From NCBI GenBank assembly GCA_964234715.1, contig OZ174290.1: a stretch of DNA of 64,000 nucleotides, one strand, 5' to 3'. Made by a program: the position numbers and the translations under genes. Positions within the stretch are counted from its first letter, which is position 1. Each line of letters begins with the position of its first letter. Of this stretch, positions 60,577 to 64,000 are shown one piece after another. Below the pieces are notes generated by a model, which had not been told where the DNA came from, did not search any database, and saw only the letters and a list, made by a program, of their open reading frames with translations. Source of the stretch: Podarcis melisellensis. Taxonomy: Eukaryota.

Positions 60577-61768
60577 ATTTAAACAAATGTTTAAAACCCT
60601 AGCCAAGGACATAGGCGAGCAAGAGTGAACCTGCACCCTCATTCAACAACCTGTTGGGCTTTTGCCAGCAGGGAAGGAATGAGGGTGCAGGTTCACTCCC
60701 ACCCTCCAATTCTGGGATACAATCCAAATAGAATACCAAGGCTGAAATCCTAAAACTGGGGAGGGGAGAGTGGTGGGCATCAGAGGCGGGAGGGAAGGAA
60801 AGAGGGATGCAGGCCTGTGTTGCCCGTGGCACCTCTAACCATCACTCAAGGCACCCCAGGGAGCCACAGCACCCTGGTTGAAAATCACTGATTCTATTTT
60901 TGTATTCTATTTGGATTGTATCCCAGAATTGGAGGGTGGGCCTGCAGTTGCAAAACTGCATGAAAATGAAAACAGAAAGAAAGCAAAGTACAGTACAGTA
61001 CAGTAAAAAAGCCAAAGCTTCCTTTTTAAATGCAATAGTGCTAGGTAAGCAGTGTTCCCTCCAACAGCAGCTGTTTTCTTCTTTTCCTCCACCATCATCA
61101 TTATGGAATCTTAACCACTATAGGCAAAGGGAGCAAGAAGCCCTTGTTCCTATCGTTGCTAAGAAAGGAAGCATCATAAAATAAAGCAGGCATTCCTGGA
61201 ATATTTATTCAAGCAGTTGAGACAAAAACAGTCCTTGAAACTTCCTACTTCACAATACTTTTACAGTATTGGACCACCATTAAATAATAGGTGGTCAGGC
61301 TGCCAAATCTGACAGATCAGTTGACTGGTGTGTCAATCCTCCCTCAGCGCTTTGGGCCTCCACAGACAGGTTCACTTATACCTGAGTAGAGATGGAGGGG
61401 CTTGTCTTTTATCTACTGAGAATGTTTTGTGTGTTTAGCTTTGCATCCGTTTTTCAGAAATGCACTCATTTTGGTATCTAGCCATGAATCCTGAGCCAGC
61501 AGGAAACACACACAAAAGGGAGCAATGGAGATAACCGTCGGCAACCAGGAACACAGTTAGAAGAGGTCAGGGAGCCATCTTGCTCAAGGCAGGACCATCT
61601 CTTCCATCAGTTTCCTCCTCCCAAACACATGGCAGCTCCTTTGGTGCACAATCCTGAGACAACTAAAAATTATTATATCCCTTCAAGTTCCCTGTGCTTC
61701 TTTGTAAGCACATTGAAATAAGGAGATCCCTTTGCTATCTGGGCAGCTCCCCAGCAAGGGCCTCTACA

Positions 61769-62083
61769 TCAGAGGCGGATTTAGTGCAGTGTGAGCATTG
61801 CAGCTGCACAAGGCATGCAAGCCAAGGAGGGCGCCATTTCAAAGCCAGGCAAGTGCTTGGCCAGCTTCAGGAAAGAGGTAGGAGGGCTCTGGCAGGGTCC
61901 TAGCGTCCTCCTTCCCAAAGCCAGGCAAGCGCTTACTGGGCTTTGGGAAGGTAGGAGCACTCTGGGACCTTGCCAGAGCCCTCTTACCTCCTTCCCCAAG
62001 CCCAGCATAAGTCGGCACCGCGAAGGCTGTAAGGAAGGCATCCACTGGCCTCGCACAGGGCGTCCTATTACCAAGGCCTGCCC
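61769..62083. mobile_element. Non-autonomous hAT-like element with long internal palindrome
   Basis: Starts cagaggcggattt; shares internal units and the tattaccaag end with 29403-29672. Confidence 0.6.
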
Positions 62084-63832
62084 ATGTCTGCATGGTGGCC
62101 ATTTTGAGCTTCCCTTGGATGCACCCATCCTGCCAGGACTCCTCACCTTACCGGGACAGCCAGCTCCGGCTCACACTAAGGCTGCCTCCATCTGGCGTGA
62201 TTTAAAGCCACTTCCATGTGGAGGCTCTGCATCACTCACTTCAGAAGCCTAAGCATTTATTTGCCTGGGTAACGGAGGCTTTCTGGTGAGCTGTCAGCAA
62301 GGCCTGTATCCACTTTACTGAACTGGAAAAGAAAAGTCTGCTCTAGCAAGTTAATAAAGGGCCTCTGAATATCTCAGCTGGATGTTTTTCTCCATGAGTG
62401 AGAACGCCAAATGTTAGCTTGACATTTAATCTTTAATATTTTTTTAAGTACGTTGTTTTGCCATTTCAGTCCAGCACAATGCAGTTACTTTCCTAGATCT
62501 TTCTCCCCAGCCTCAGTGCTGATTTTGGTCACCTGTCCCCCTGCCAAACACTAGGGATACTGCTTCATGCATTCTCTCCATGCACACAGACCCCATTTTA
62601 GCTCTGCCAGGTTAATACTTATAATATTTTGCTATGGGAGGGGCTGCACATTTACAGATGGCCTTTATTTTAGGACTTTGCAGATCTGTGTTGCTCAAGA
62701 TGTACCAGATTTGTTTTTCAATTTATCTATTTTTTAAGTATGGGTGTTCGTTAGAGGTGGAAAGATTCCCTTTTGGTGTGTGAGGCTTTGGGGAAAGCCC
62801 CTCTTTTCCAGGAAATGTTGTGGAGTTTTCTGTAAATAGACAAACAGCTGTTTTCCTCAAAAGTGTGGAATCTAGCAAGATGCAGAAAGAAAACTAATGT
62901 GAAATGCCCAGGGGCATATTACTCCCAGATAGTTTTTTTCTCCCAGCTTGGGAAAGGGGAGGCAGGATTCTCAACTATACCTCCAGGCAACATGGCATTT
63001 TGACCTCTGGGGAAACTTACAAGCTTGCATCTTTGGTGGGCTGAAAGATTCAAAGCTAAGGTAAAGGCTTTGCAACCTCCCATTTCACTCTGCCTAGATG
63101 TATAGAGGGAACGGTGCTCTGTAGTTTGTTGTCAGAGAGGGCAGGCCCTGTGTCTTTTTGCTATTTAATCCTGTTTCTTTCTCTTTTTTTCTTTAAAAGC
63201 ATTTTTCAGATACTTCCACCAATTATTTGACATATCAAACATCTCTAGACAATGCAAATAGACCAATAACAGCAAAGGTTTATTTAATAACAGCGTTCCT
63301 GGAACATCATTTTCTAGGTTTGCATTATAGTCAGAGCTATTTGAGAGCATCTTGTTCAGTTTAATTAAGCAATAGATTTTAAAAGGTCAAGAATGATCAG
63401 CTCAAGAAACAGCACTGCTTGCCTTGATATAGTCATGAAGGCAGGTGGATGGTCTCAAAGCATAAAGCTGGCAGTTCTCTCTCTTTGTAGCATACGACTT
63501 ATGGTTGGGTCTTCCTCCTCCTCCTCCACTAAATCTGCTAATTTCACTTTTTCTACCAAATAGTTGACAAAAAGAGATGCATCGTGCTTTCAGCTAAAGG
63601 AGCTGACTTCCCTATTACTATTTACATTTTTTCCCTCCCTCCTTCCCTCTCCGGAAATAATTAAGATTATAGGGTTGTTTCTGCTTCTAGCTACTCATTT
63701 CTTTGTGCATTCCGGTAGTGCCCAAATAATAGTTTTGTAGATGGAGACAGACACTCATTATTAGGGGAGGAGGAAAGGGAAACCAACCCTCCTCTGGTAC
63801 CTAAAACACCCCAAATGTTCCATTGCATATCA

Positions 63833-63880
63833 TTTGTTTGTTTGTTTGTTTGTTTGTTTGTTTGTTTGTTTGTTTGTTTT
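63833..63880. repeat. (TTTG)n microsatellite
   Basis: Direct reading. Confidence 0.95.
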
Positions 63881-64000
63881 AAAGAAAAGCATTTCAAACC
63901 TCCCAATCTTCATGTACCTTGAGAGCTAAAAAGTGGGTGGGTGGACAGGACATATATTTCATCTCAAAGTTTTCAGTGGATCCAAAAAACGGTTTTCTTT

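Larger units (their letters stand above)
1..64000 (+). other. MSI2: Intragenic segment of Musashi-2 (end of intron 9 through intron 11, human numbering); gene extends beyond both window edges
   Basis: Several AG/GT-bounded exons on + translate, in order, to recognisable MSI2 C-terminal peptides. Confidence 0.96.

Noticed and set aside
61781-62252. Overlapping 120-150 aa ORFs on both strands, similar to ORFs at 29331-29747
   Set aside because: Explained by the GC-rich palindromic transposon family, not by a protein-coding gene.
51895-64000. Next constitutive MSI2 exon (GSNPARPGGFPGANSPGPV... and its alternative acceptor extension)
   Set aside because: Looked for and not found; presumably beyond the window.

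Overview
This is vertebrate, squamate (probably lacertid lizard) genomic DNA, judged from Sauria SINEs, BovB, CR1/L2 fragments and lacertid-style hAT/Tc1 MITEs. The whole window lies inside the 3' half of the Musashi-2 (MSI2) gene on the + strand. It contains the exons matching human MSI2 exon 10 (4323-4397, [25 protein letters not shown]) and exon 11 (30988-31047, [20 protein letters not shown]); the next constitutive exon (GSNPARPGG...) was not found and should lie downstream. Around these exons is a set of phase-1 alternative modules that can rebuild or truncate the disordered C-terminus: an alternative terminal exon (11010-11050, DYLPISQDIIFIN*) with its own AU-rich 3'UTR, a 24-nt microexon (28583-28606, ALLPYLNA), a 57-nt RGG-encoding donor extension (31048-31104), a 177-nt cassette (51718-51894, Tyr/Ser-Pro rich) and two candidate stop-containing poison exons (4948-5037, 36108-36146). 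Clusters of UAG/Musashi-binding elements lie downstream of the microexon, downstream of the candidate poison microexon and in the alternative 3'UTR, suggesting a multi-layer Musashi autoregulatory circuit (inference). Region 60514-60940 is an unusual recent-looking rearrangement with a near-perfect duplication and two perfect inverted repeats. Most of the listed ORFs are non-coding noise or repeat-derived. Orthologue comparisons are from memory, not from a database search.
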